Positions 1 to 6,412 of a stretch of 6,412 nucleotides of DNA are shown here, in pieces. The position numbers were made by a program, and so were the translations under genes. This stretch comes from a virus (lineage: Duplodnaviria; Heunggongvirae; Uroviricota; Caudoviricetes): IMG/VR virus record IMGVR_UViG_2671180411_000014; one strand, given 5' to 3'. Numbering within the stretch: the stretch's first letter is position 1; every line of letters starts with the position of its first letter. The notes under the pieces are model-generated. The model searched no databases. It was not told the DNA's origin and saw nothing but the letters and a program-made list of their open reading frames with translations.

Positions 1-64
1 AACATAACGAAACATAATTCCCCATTATACGCGCGTATAATGGGGAATTATGTTTCGTTATGTT
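1..64. other. telRL: Perfect 64-bp palindrome; candidate protelomerase target site (telRL/tos-like) with N15-type telO core
   Basis: Checked base by base: position i pairs with 65-i for all 32 pairs, symmetry centre between 32 and 33. The central CCCCATTATACGCGCGTATAATGGGG (20-45) contains the 22-bp telO core CCATTATACGCGCGTATAATGG as I recall it for N15 and phiKO2. The palindrome starts at base 1, so it may extend beyond the window. Confidence 0.72.
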
Positions 65-207
65 CTTGATTAGTGTTCTTATTTAGTGTAATATTCTCAT
101 TTTGTGTACTGCTTTATTTAACATTTAGCTTTAATTCTTTATTTGTGTTCTTTATTATGTTTGCATCATTACTTAGTTTTTGTGTTCTTTATTTGTGTTC
201 TTGTATT
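61..207 (+). repeat. Array of short direct iterons (core TGTTCTT, extended TT(T/A)GTGTTCTT) next to the palindrome; candidate accessory protein-binding sites
   Basis: Exact TGTTCTT at 61-67, 74-80, 146-152, 183-189 and 196-202. Extended copies: ttagtgttctt 70-80, tttgtgttcttt 142-153, 179-190, tttgtgttcttg 192-203; degenerate tttagtgta 82-90 and tttgtgtact 101-110. The first copy lies inside the right arm of the palindrome, so the array runs on from the telomere site. Region is very AT-rich and non-coding. Confidence 0.5.
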
Positions 208-384
208 GGTAAGGTTGGGAGAACTAATAGAGAAAACGTATCTCATTGATGATTCTTATCATGTTTCCCTAGTTTTACATGATTTCCTTTCTTCAAAAAA
301 TATAATAAATATCAATTACTTATGATTATGTTGTTGTTCGTTTTATGCATTTCGGGAGGGGAACAAAAGATGATTTAGCTTAAA

Positions 385-490
385 AATTCTCCTTTGCGTT
401 TTTCTTTTTGCTTTGCCTTTTTCATGCAAATTTGCTAGAAATAAGCAAAGATTTAATTATTAAGCAAAGTTACAAGCTGGAGATGACAGT
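385..490 (+). promoter_or_regulatory. sopAB promoter/operator region with four perfect CTTTGC hexamers (SopA autoregulation motif) and a Shine-Dalgarno
   Basis: CTTTGC at 392-397 and 411-416; its reverse complement GCAAAG at 445-450 and 464-469; near-copies TTTTGC 406-411 and ATTTGC 430-435. F-plasmid SopA is known to bind CTTTGC repeats in its own promoter. Tentative sigma70 elements: -35 TTGCTA 432-437, 16-bp spacer, -10 TAATTA 454-459. GGAG at 479-482 sits 8 nt before the ATG at 491. Confidence 0.5.
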
Positions 491-1657
491 ATGTCTTTGA
501 AAAAGCTATTGCAAGATTGTGTTACGAGAGGTCAAGAAATGACCCAAGCAATTGCTATCGCTCAATTCGGTGATGATAGTCCTGAAGCTCGGCGTATCAC
601 CCGCCGATGGGGTATTACTGAAGTAGCAGATTTAATTGGTGTAACTCCTCAAGCAATTAGAGATGCTGAGAAGAGCGGGCGTTTACCTGCACCTGACTTT
701 GAAATGAGAGGAAGAATTGAACGTCGTGCTGGTTATACCATAGATCAAATCAACAGTATGCGAGCAGTTTTTGGCAACCCAAACCAACGACCACAAGATA
801 AAAACCCTGTTGTTCTTGCCGTTATGTCACACAAAGGCGGCGTTTATAAAACATCGTCTGCGGTACATCAAGCTCAATGGTTAGCATTACAAGGTCATCG
901 TGTTCTTTTGGTTGAAGGTAACGATCCTCAAGGTACAGCCTCTATGTATCACGGTTATGTTCCTGATTTACATATCCATGCCGAGGATACTTTACTGCCA
1001 TTTTACTTAGGAGAACGCGATAACGCTGAATATGCTATAAAGCCAACATGTTGGCCTGGGCTAGACATTATCCCTAGCTGCCTAGCTTTACATCGTATAG
1101 AAACAGATCTCATGCAATATCATGCTCAGGGTAAATTGCCTCATCCTCCACACCTTATGCTGCGCGCAGCTATTGAATCAGTTTGGGATAACTACGATGT
1201 TATCGTTATAGATAGTGCTCCGAACCTCGGTACAGGAACCATTAACGTTGTTTGTGCCGCTGACGTTATTGTTGTTGCTACACCTGCAGAATTATTTGAT
1301 TACGCTTCTGTTCTACAGTTTTTCACAATGCTTCTCGATCTATTGGAAAGCGTTGACCTAGGTGGATTTGAGCCAACCGTTCGCTTACTTCTGACTAAAT
1401 ATAGTCTCACTACAGGGAATCAATCACGATGGATGGAAGAACAAATAAGAAATACATGGGGATCAATGGTATTACGTCAGGTTGTACGCGTTACCGATGA
1501 AGTAGGTAAAGGCCAGATAAAAATGAGAACAGTATTTGAACAAGCAGCAAACCAACGTTCAACATTGAATGCATGGAGAAATGCTGTTTCTATATGGGAC
1601 CCTGTTTGCAGAGAAATTTTTGATGATCTAATAAAACCTCGCTGGGAGAACGAATAA
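491..1657 (+). CDS. sopA: Type Ia partition ATPase SopA/ParA (388 aa)
   Basis: ATG start with upstream GGAG. Translation aligns along its full length with F-plasmid SopA as I remember it (AIAIAQF.DDSPEAR.ITRRW, GRLP.PD, deviant Walker A KGGVYKTS, LLVEGNDPQGTASMYHG, PTCWPGLDIIPSCLALHRIET, VIVIDSAPNLG.GTINVVCAADV, GFEP.VR.LLTKYS, GKGQI.MRTVFEQA, LIKPRWE). Same length as F SopA. Confidence 0.95.
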   Translation: MSLKKLLQDCVTRGQEMTQAIAIAQFGDDSPEARRITRRWGITEVADLIGVTPQAIRDAEKSGRLPAPDFEMRGRIERRAGYTIDQINSMRAVFGNPNQRPQDKNPVVLAVMSHKGGVYKTSSAVHQAQWLALQGHRVLLVEGNDPQGTASMYHGYVPDLHIHAEDTLLPFYLGERDNAEYAIKPTCWPGLDIIPSCLALHRIETDLMQYHAQGKLPHPPHLMLRAAIESVWDNYDVIVIDSAPNLGTGTINVVCAADVIVVATPAELFDYASVLQFFTMLLDLLESVDLGGFEPTVRLLLTKYSLTTGNQSRWMEEQIRNTWGSMVLRQVVRVTDEVGKGQIKMRTVFEQAANQRSTLNAWRNAVSIWDPVCREIFDDLIKPRWENE

Positions 1658-2622
1658 TGAAACAGCGCTCTCTTCTAAAAAATGCTCCAGATATTAATCG
1701 CATTATGAGTAATAATCATCATGCCCCTGAACATCAGCCCGTATCACCTATGGTTGGTGATTTAAAACGTCAACTGAGTTCATTAACCGGTAACAGCATA
1801 ACTTTGCCAGTATGCGGACGTAATGTTAACTTTAAGTTAGAGACAATTCCCGCAGATAAAGTTGAAATGGCAACAATGGTATGGCTAGGTAATGAACGCG
1901 ATCAAGATTTATTAAATGAATCCTCTCTAGCCGATTTAATCCCATCTTTTCTAACGTCTGGACAACAAAATCCAGCTTTCGCCAGAAAAGTATCTGGAAT
2001 CGTTGAAGTCGCTGACGGCTCACGTAGAAGAAAAGCAGCGATATTAACAGGATGTGACTATCGCGTCTTAATTGGTGATCTCGACGATGAACAGATGCAT
2101 TGGTTATCCCAAATTGGTAACGATTATAGGCCTATTAGTGCATACGAAAGAGGAAAGAGATACTTACGCAAGCTAAATGACTTTGATGGTAACGTTAAAG
2201 CATTGGCCGAGGCTGAAAATATAGATAGAAATATTATCACTCGCTGTATTAATACAGCTGGTCTACCAAAAGATATATTAGCTATCTTCAATCATCCAGG
2301 AGAACTGTCAGCTCGTGCTGGAGATTCTTTGTTTAAGATTTACAAAAAAAACATGGCTGCCATGAGCAATGCTGCTCATCATCTTCTGACAATAAAAAAA
2401 AACGGCGAGGATTTAGAAGCTTCACGGATTATACAAATATTATCTGACTCTGTTCTGGTTGGCGACGAGGAAAAAACAAAAGACGAGAAAAAATATGGGG
2501 AAGGGATCACGGCTAGATATAAAGGGAATTTTGTAACTATAAAAATTGATAGCCGCAAAATATCTAAAGAAATACTAAGCAAAATTGAGTTGTTACTAGA
2601 GGAACAATCTACTGATAATTAA
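1657..2622 (+). CDS. sopB: Partition centromere-binding protein SopB/ParB (321 aa)
   Basis: ATG overlaps the sopA stop (TAATG, 1655-1659). Translation carries conserved ParB/SopB blocks: ITLPVCGR.V.F.LE, W.GNERDQ.LL, LIPSFL.TGQQ.PAF.R.VSG..E.ADGSRRRKAA, DYRVL.G.LDDEQM, GNDYRP.SAYERG.RY, AEAENI.R.IITRCINTA.LPK, F.HPGELSAR.GD.L. Confidence 0.93.
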   Translation: MKQRSLLKNAPDINRIMSNNHHAPEHQPVSPMVGDLKRQLSSLTGNSITLPVCGRNVNFKLETIPADKVEMATMVWLGNERDQDLLNESSLADLIPSFLTSGQQNPAFARKVSGIVEVADGSRRRKAAILTGCDYRVLIGDLDDEQMHWLSQIGNDYRPISAYERGKRYLRKLNDFDGNVKALAEAENIDRNIITRCINTAGLPKDILAIFNHPGELSARAGDSLFKIYKKNMAAMSNAAHHLLTIKKNGEDLEASRIIQILSDSVLVGDEEKTKDEKKYGEGITARYKGNFVTIKIDSRKISKEILSKIELLLEEQSTDN

Positions 2623-2626
2623 GAAT

Positions 2627-2649
2627 TATCCCCTGCATTGCAGGGGATA
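2627..2649. terminator. Inverted repeat (10-bp arms, 3-nt spacer) between convergent sopB and tfa; probable bidirectional intrinsic terminator
   Basis: TATCCCCTGC (2627-2636) / att / GCAGGGGATA (2640-2649). It sits exactly between the sopB stop (2620-2622) and the tfa stop (2655-2657). It is followed by a T-rich stretch on the + strand (tattgattt) and by an A/T-rich stretch on the - strand. The flanking runs are not pure T tracts, so this is moderate confidence. Confidence 0.5.
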
Positions 2650-2654
2650 TTGAT

Positions 2655-3230
2655 TTATGGTTGACTTGGCCACTCGATATCTGGAGATAGTGATGTATCA
2701 ACACGATTCAACAACACCCGATATGTCTTCCATGCGGCCAGTAACGATTTCTCTTCCTCCGTTGCGATCTCAAGATCTACCGCATCCTGAAGCGGCGCAA
2801 TATGCTCACTGGCTACCTGCATCAGGCTGTTTTTTGTTTCTTCCGCCTCCCGGATCCGGAATAGTTTTTCTGCTTCTGCATCTTTCACCCAGGCTGTGCC
2901 GTTCCACTTCTGATATTCCCCTTCCGGCGATAACCAGGTAACATTTTCCGGTAACGGACCGAGTTCAGAAATAAATAACGCGTCCCCTGATGCCACGTCA
3001 TAAACTGTTTTACCCCGATGGTCTTCAACAAGATGCCACGATGCATCATCACTGTTGAAAACAGCCACGAAGCCAGCCGGAATATCTGGCGGTGCAATAT
3101 CGGTACTGTTTGCTGGCAGACCTGTATGAGGCGGAATGTATGCGTCACCTTCACCAATAAATTCATTAGTTCCGGCCAGCAGATTATAAATTTTTATGGT
3201 CCGTGGTTGTTCACTCATTCTGAATGCCAT
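2655..3230 (-). CDS. tfa: Tail fiber assembly protein, lambdoid Tfa family (191 aa)
   Basis: Translation [54 protein letters not shown]... matches the E. coli lambdoid prophage tail fiber assembly proteins (TfaE/TfaR-like) from memory. The ATG overlaps the stop of the upstream stf by one base (TAATG on the - strand at 3228-3232). Placement directly after a tail fiber gene is canonical. Confidence 0.9.
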   Translation of the reverse strand: MAFRMSEQPRTIKIYNLLAGTNEFIGEGDAYIPPHTGLPANSTDIAPPDIPAGFVAVFNSDDASWHLVEDHRGKTVYDVASGDALFISELGPLPENVTWLSPEGEYQKWNGTAWVKDAEAEKLFRIREAEETKNSLMQVASEHIAPLQDAVDLEIATEEEKSLLAAWKTYRVLLNRVDTSLSPDIEWPSQP

Positions 3231-6200
3231 TATGCAAGCCTCACAATATAGTTAAATGCGATGTTTTTGACGGTGTTTTCCGCGTTACCAGCAGCGTTAA
3301 CGGTGATGGTGTGTCCATGTGAACCAATCGCAACGGAGTGCGTATGAGCACCAATACCGACAGTATGCGCGTGTGCACCTGCAGATGCTGCTGTGCCGGA
3401 CAGTGAGTGGCTATGATTACCATCTGTACTGGTATTAGCTAACCACCCCGTAGACATACCTACTGAGCCTTGTACACCCCAGGTATTTTGACCTGAGCTT
3501 GTATAACCATATTGATAAGTATCTTTAAAAACACTGGGGTTAAATCGACGGCCATCTCTATGGCTGTGATTACCAGCTGCATTCGTGCTGCCACTTAAAC
3601 TATGGGTATGCGCACCAGTGTTATTCGTGGATTTAGTGCCGTAATCAAACGACGATGTGGTTTTCGTCCCCAAATCCGTACTGGATGCGCTGGCGCTGTG
3701 GGTATGCGATTTAATGCCGTCCTGTTCCTGAGACAATACGGCCCGACCACTGGCAGGTTTGCCCTTAATCGTCCAGCCACGCATATCAGGGATCACGCCT
3801 GACGGATAAGCCGCTGCAAGTTTCGGGTATGCAGATTTGTCAAAAGCCTGCCCCTGCATCAGGGCATAGCCAGACGGAACGGTATCTGATGGCCACGGGA
3901 TTGGTGCGCCAGGCGGATAAAACTGCTCTGATGGCGTATAGAGTGAATAAACTGTACCGTCCGTTAACCCTTCCGGCTTATTAGCAGAATATGCTGGTGA
4001 CGTATGAATCGTCACGCTGGCATTACTGGTATAATCCCATTGAATATTTACACCAGTCGCATAATTTCCGATTGCAACGTAAATATCGTAAGTATCACCA
4101 GATGTATTAACCCAGGCAAAATTTGTAAACCCTGTCAATGTGCGCTGCCATAAAGCACCAGTAATCCCCTTCGGATTACCATTACCTGCACGTAAAACAA
4201 GTTCAGATATACCTGCCTGTTGAGGTGACCCCACGTTAAATCCAGCGCCACCAATCAACGTAATTGAAACAACAGAACTCGCCTGTGGCATGGTTACCGT
4301 TGCTAATTTGAACCAACCAGCACCACCGCTGAATGACATTGTTGTTGAGTTAAGCGTACCAATATCTTTCGGCGTCAGTGTTATATCCGCTGAAAGCGCC
4401 TTACCATTCACCTTACGGGCAGAAGGTACCCGACCATTCGCATTGTCATTAGCTGCTTTCACTGCTTTCGGTGTCGCAGCAAGCGTTTCAGATGTGCTGT
4501 TGGTTGCACTACTGAGCTGGACAATTCCTTTTTGTGCTGTCGTAGCGTCCTGTGCGGTGTATTTCCCGTTAGCCAGGTCATACGCGGCCTTAACGGCTTT
4601 TGGCGTTGCCGCCTGTGACTCGGAAGTGCTGTTAGTCGCACTGCTGAGCTGAACTATCCCTTTCTGTGCTGTCGTTGCATCCTGTGCGGTGTATTTCCCG
4701 TTAGCCAGGTCATACGCGGCCTTAACGGCTTTTGGCGTTGCCGCCTGTGACTCGGAAGTGCTGTTGGTCGCACTGCTGAGCTGTACTATCCCCTTTTTCG
4801 TCGTGCTCGCATCCTCAAGCGCCACGGCGGATGCAATATCCTCTGCCCGTTTTGCTGCTGTCTCGGCGCGCGTTGCCGCGGATTCCGCCGTACTTTTGCT
4901 CTGTGCTGCCGCTGCCGCACTGCCAGCAGCCTCTGTCGCCTTCGTGGATGCCGTCGTGGCGCTGCCCCTCGCTGCTGACGCCTGTCTGGTCGCCTCATCT
5001 TTTGAAGCAGACGCAGATGATGCCGATGACGCCGCCGAACTGGCGGACGATGCGGCAGCCGTTTTTGAGGATTCTGCGCTGGTTTCCGACGCTTTCGCGT
5101 TCGTTTCGGATGTCTTCGCTGCGGAAGCAGACCTCGCTGCTGCCGTGGCCTGCTCAGTGNNNNNNNNNNNNNNNNNNNNNNNNNNNNNNNNNNNNNNNNN
5201 NNNNNNNNNNNNNNNNNNNNNNNNNNNNNNNNNNNNNNNNNNNNNNNNNNNNNNNNNNNNNNNNNNNNNNNNNNNNNNNNNNNNNNNNNNNNNNNNNNNN
5301 NNNNNNNNNNNNNNNNNNNNNNNNNNNNNNNNNNNNNNNNNNNNNNNNNNNNNNNNNNNNNNNNNNNNNNNNNNNNNNNNNNNNNNNNNNNNNNNNNNNN
5401 NNNNNNNNNNNNNNNNNNNNNNNNNNNNCCTCGCTGCTGACGCCTGTCTGGTCGCCTCATCTTTTGAAGCAGACGCAGATGATGCCGATGACGCCGCCGA
5501 ACTGGCGGACGATGCGGCAGCCGTTTTTGAGGATTCTGCGCTGGTTTCCGACGCTTTCGCGTTCGTTTCGGATGTCTTCGCTGCGGAAGCAGACCTCGCT
5601 GCTGCGCTGGCCTGTTCAGTGGCTTCGCCAGCCTTCGTTGTGGCTGTTGAAGCGGATGATGCGGCGCTTTCTGCCGATTTTCCGGCGGCGGTGGCACTGA
5701 CTGCTGCCTCCTCTGCCTTAATGGACGCCTCACGGGCCGATGATGCAGCTGCTGTCTCAGAGTCTGCCGCAGCTGAGGCGCTCTGTTCCGCTGCCGTTTC
5801 AGAAGACTTAGCATTCGTCTCGGACGTTTTTGCCGCCTTCACGGAATTTCCTGCCGCCGTTGCCGAGGAGGCTGCACTGCTGGCGCTTGTGGAGGCGTTC
5901 GTTTCTGATGATTTTGCCGCCTCTTTGGAGGCCGCCGCATCTCTGGCTGAAGTGGCGGCTTCTGACGCTTTCGTTGTCGCAGTGGATGCAGAAGTGGCTG
6001 CTGATTTTTGTGACGCTGCAGCATTCGTTTCTGACGTTTTCGCCGCACCGGCACTGGTGGCCGCCGCGCTTTTTGAGGACTCTGCAGCGGCAGCACTTTT
6101 TGATGCTTCAGTGGCCTTTGTTGATGCCGTTCCTGCGCTGGAAGACGCCTCCTGAGCCGAAGTCGCGGCCTGTCCGGCTGACGTGCTGGCTGCACGCGCT

Positions 6201-6412
6201 GAGCCTGCAGCATCAGTCGCATGGGTTGCCGCCTCACGGGCAGATGTGCCGGCATCACTGGCTGACTTCTTCGCGGCTGCCGTGTTCTGTGCCACCGCGG
6301 ACGCGTTACGCGCCACCTCTTCCACCATCAGTTCAAAACGGCGCAGAGCCTCCGGACGGGCATCATCCTCCGTCATGGCACCGAGAAAATCATTCAGCGT
6401 ACCGGGTCGGGA
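3230..6412 (-). CDS. stf: Side tail fiber protein, lambdoid Stf family; partial, 5' end lies beyond the window end; contains a 269-nt N gap
   Basis: Stop TAA at 3230-3232 (- strand). The frame stays open from the ATG at 6376 up to the window edge: codons upstream of that Met translate [21 protein letters not shown], which matches an internal segment of lambdoid Stf proteins, so the Met at 6376 is internal. Ala/Ser/Thr-rich repetitive shaft, [14 protein letters not shown] repeats, and a His-rich C-terminal tip ([33 protein letters not shown]) ending [11 protein letters not shown]. Confidence 0.9.
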   Translation of the reverse strand, partial: SRPGTLNDFLGAMTEDDARPEALRRFELMVEEVARNASAVAQNTAAAKKSASDAGTSAREAATHATDAAGSARAASTSAGQAATSAQEASSSAGTASTKATEASKSAAAAESSKSAAATSAGAAKTSETNAAASQKSAATSASTATTKASEAATSARDAAASKEAAKSSETNASTSASSAASSATAAGNSVKAAKTSETNAKSSETAAEQSASAAADSETAAASSAREASIKAEEAAVSATAAGKSAESAASSASTATTKAGEATEQASAAARSASAAKTSETNAKASETSAESSKTAAASSASSAASSASSASASKDEATRQASAARXXXXXXXXXXXXXXXXXXXXXXXXXXXXXXXXXXXXXXXXXXXXXXXXXXXXXXXXXXXXXXXXXXXXXXXXXXXXXXXXXXXXXXXXXXTEQATAAARSASAAKTSETNAKASETSAESSKTAAASSASSAASSASSASASKDEATRQASAARGSATTASTKATEAAGSAAAAAQSKSTAESAATRAETAAKRAEDIASAVALEDASTTKKGIVQLSSATNSTSESQAATPKAVKAAYDLANGKYTAQDATTAQKGIVQLSSATNSTSESQAATPKAVKAAYDLANGKYTAQDATTAQKGIVQLSSATNSTSETLAATPKAVKAANDNANGRVPSARKVNGKALSADITLTPKDIGTLNSTTMSFSGGAGWFKLATVTMPQASSVVSITLIGGAGFNVGSPQQAGISELVLRAGNGNPKGITGALWQRTLTGFTNFAWVNTSGDTYDIYVAIGNYATGVNIQWDYTSNASVTIHTSPAYSANKPEGLTDGTVYSLYTPSEQFYPPGAPIPWPSDTVPSGYALMQGQAFDKSAYPKLAAAYPSGVIPDMRGWTIKGKPASGRAVLSQEQDGIKSHTHSASASSTDLGTKTTSSFDYGTKSTNNTGAHTHSLSGSTNAAGNHSHRDGRRFNPSVFKDTYQYGYTSSGQNTWGVQGSVGMSTGWLANTSTDGNHSHSLSGTAASAGAHAHTVGIGAHTHSVAIGSHGHTITVNAAGNAENTVKNIAFNYIVRLA
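4417..4812. repeat. In-frame tandem repeat within stf: 3 copies of a 132-bp (44-aa) unit
   Basis: Units 4549-4680 and 4681-4812 are near-identical (few mismatches); unit 4417-4548 is a diverged copy. They encode [44 protein letters not shown] twice, then a variant [33 protein letters not shown]. Confidence 0.8.
4967..5621. repeat. Large direct repeat within stf flanking the N gap (offset 462 bp, in frame)
   Basis: 4967-5159 is almost identical to 5429-5621 (about 3 mismatches in 193 bp). The offset of 462 bp is 154 codons. Both sides encode [64 protein letters not shown]. Confidence 0.75.
5160..5428. other. Run of 269 N (assembly gap or masked sequence) inside the stf coding region
   Basis: Directly visible. 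It is bounded on both sides by copies of the same repeat, consistent with repeat-induced assembly ambiguity. Confidence 0.99.

Noticed and set aside
143-325. 60-aa ORF on the + strand in the AT-rich leader region
   Set aside because: It starts at TTG with no Shine-Dalgarno, lies across the iteron array, and its hydrophobic low-complexity translation follows from the T-rich sequence. Most likely non-coding regulatory DNA.
354-378. Strong SD-like GGGAGGGG followed by a mini-ORF ATG ATT TAG
   Set aside because: Only two codons; no support for a leader peptide function. Probably chance, though it lies upstream of the sopAB promoter.
1-490. A protelomerase gene (telN/telK) or replication gene within the window
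   Set aside because: No ORF of suitable size or sequence is present. If the element is N15-like, telN would lie on the other side of the palindrome, outside the window.
1596-1602. TGGGACC (one half of the F sopC inverted repeat) inside the 3' end of sopA
   Set aside because: A single half-site within coding sequence, with no inverted partner nearby; likely chance.
1832-2582. Antisense ORFs of 63 and 67 aa inside sopB (1832-2023 and 2379-2582, - strand)
   Set aside because: Fully embedded in a well-supported conserved CDS; short, with no independent signals.
2623-2654. An F-plasmid-like sopC tandem repeat array downstream of sopB
   Set aside because: Not present: only 32 bp separate sopB from the convergent tfa, containing a single inverted repeat.
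2657-3251. ORFs overlapping tfa (2657-2941 +, 2885-3166 -, 3018-3251 +)
   Set aside because: Shadow ORFs in alternative frames or on the opposite strand of the conserved tfa gene.
3241-4652. Short ORFs overlapping the 3' half of stf (3241-3423 -, 3595-3780 -, 3602-3802 +, 4290-4652 +, 4459-4641 -)
   Set aside because: Shadow ORFs in alternative frames or on the opposite strand of stf, partly generated by the 132-bp repeats; short, with no independent signals.
4417-5621. Possible CRISPR array, because of regularly spaced direct repeats
   Set aside because: The repeats are 132 bp and 462 bp apart, contiguous, in frame, and encode a repetitive fibre shaft. There are no short repeats separated by unique spacers and no cas genes.
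4689-6258. Long ORFs overlapping the 5' half of stf (4689-6155 +, 4786-5814 -, 4831-5700 +, 5839-6258 -)
   Set aside because: Their translations are poly-Ala/Arg/Pro/Gln low-complexity strings that mirror the GC-rich, codon-biased repetitive stf sequence, and several run through the N gap. Only the stf frame gives a recognisable protein.

Overview
This window reads as the telomere-proximal end of an N15-like linear plasmid-prophage (phage-plasmid) from an enterobacterial host. From left to right: (1) a perfect 64-bp palindrome at 1-64 whose core matches the N15-type protelomerase target telO, as I recall it; (2) an AT-rich 425-bp non-coding region with TGTTCTT-type iterons and a sopAB promoter/operator carrying four CTTTGC hexamers; (3) a type Ia partition operon, sopA (491-1657) and sopB (1657-2622), on the + strand; (4) a short inverted repeat between the convergent genes, probably a bidirectional terminator; (5) on the - strand, a lambdoid tail fiber assembly gene (tfa, 2655-3230) and a large side tail fiber gene (stf, 3230 to beyond 6412, 5' end outside the window). 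The stf gene contains in-frame tandem repeats and a 269-nt run of N (5160-5428). Every long ORF is accounted for by these known families, so I see no uncharacterised protein-coding system here. The points worth a second look are the telomere site and its flanking iterons, the missing F-type sopC array, and the repeat-driven gap in stf. All homology statements come from reading the translations against remembered protein families; no searches or computations were run.
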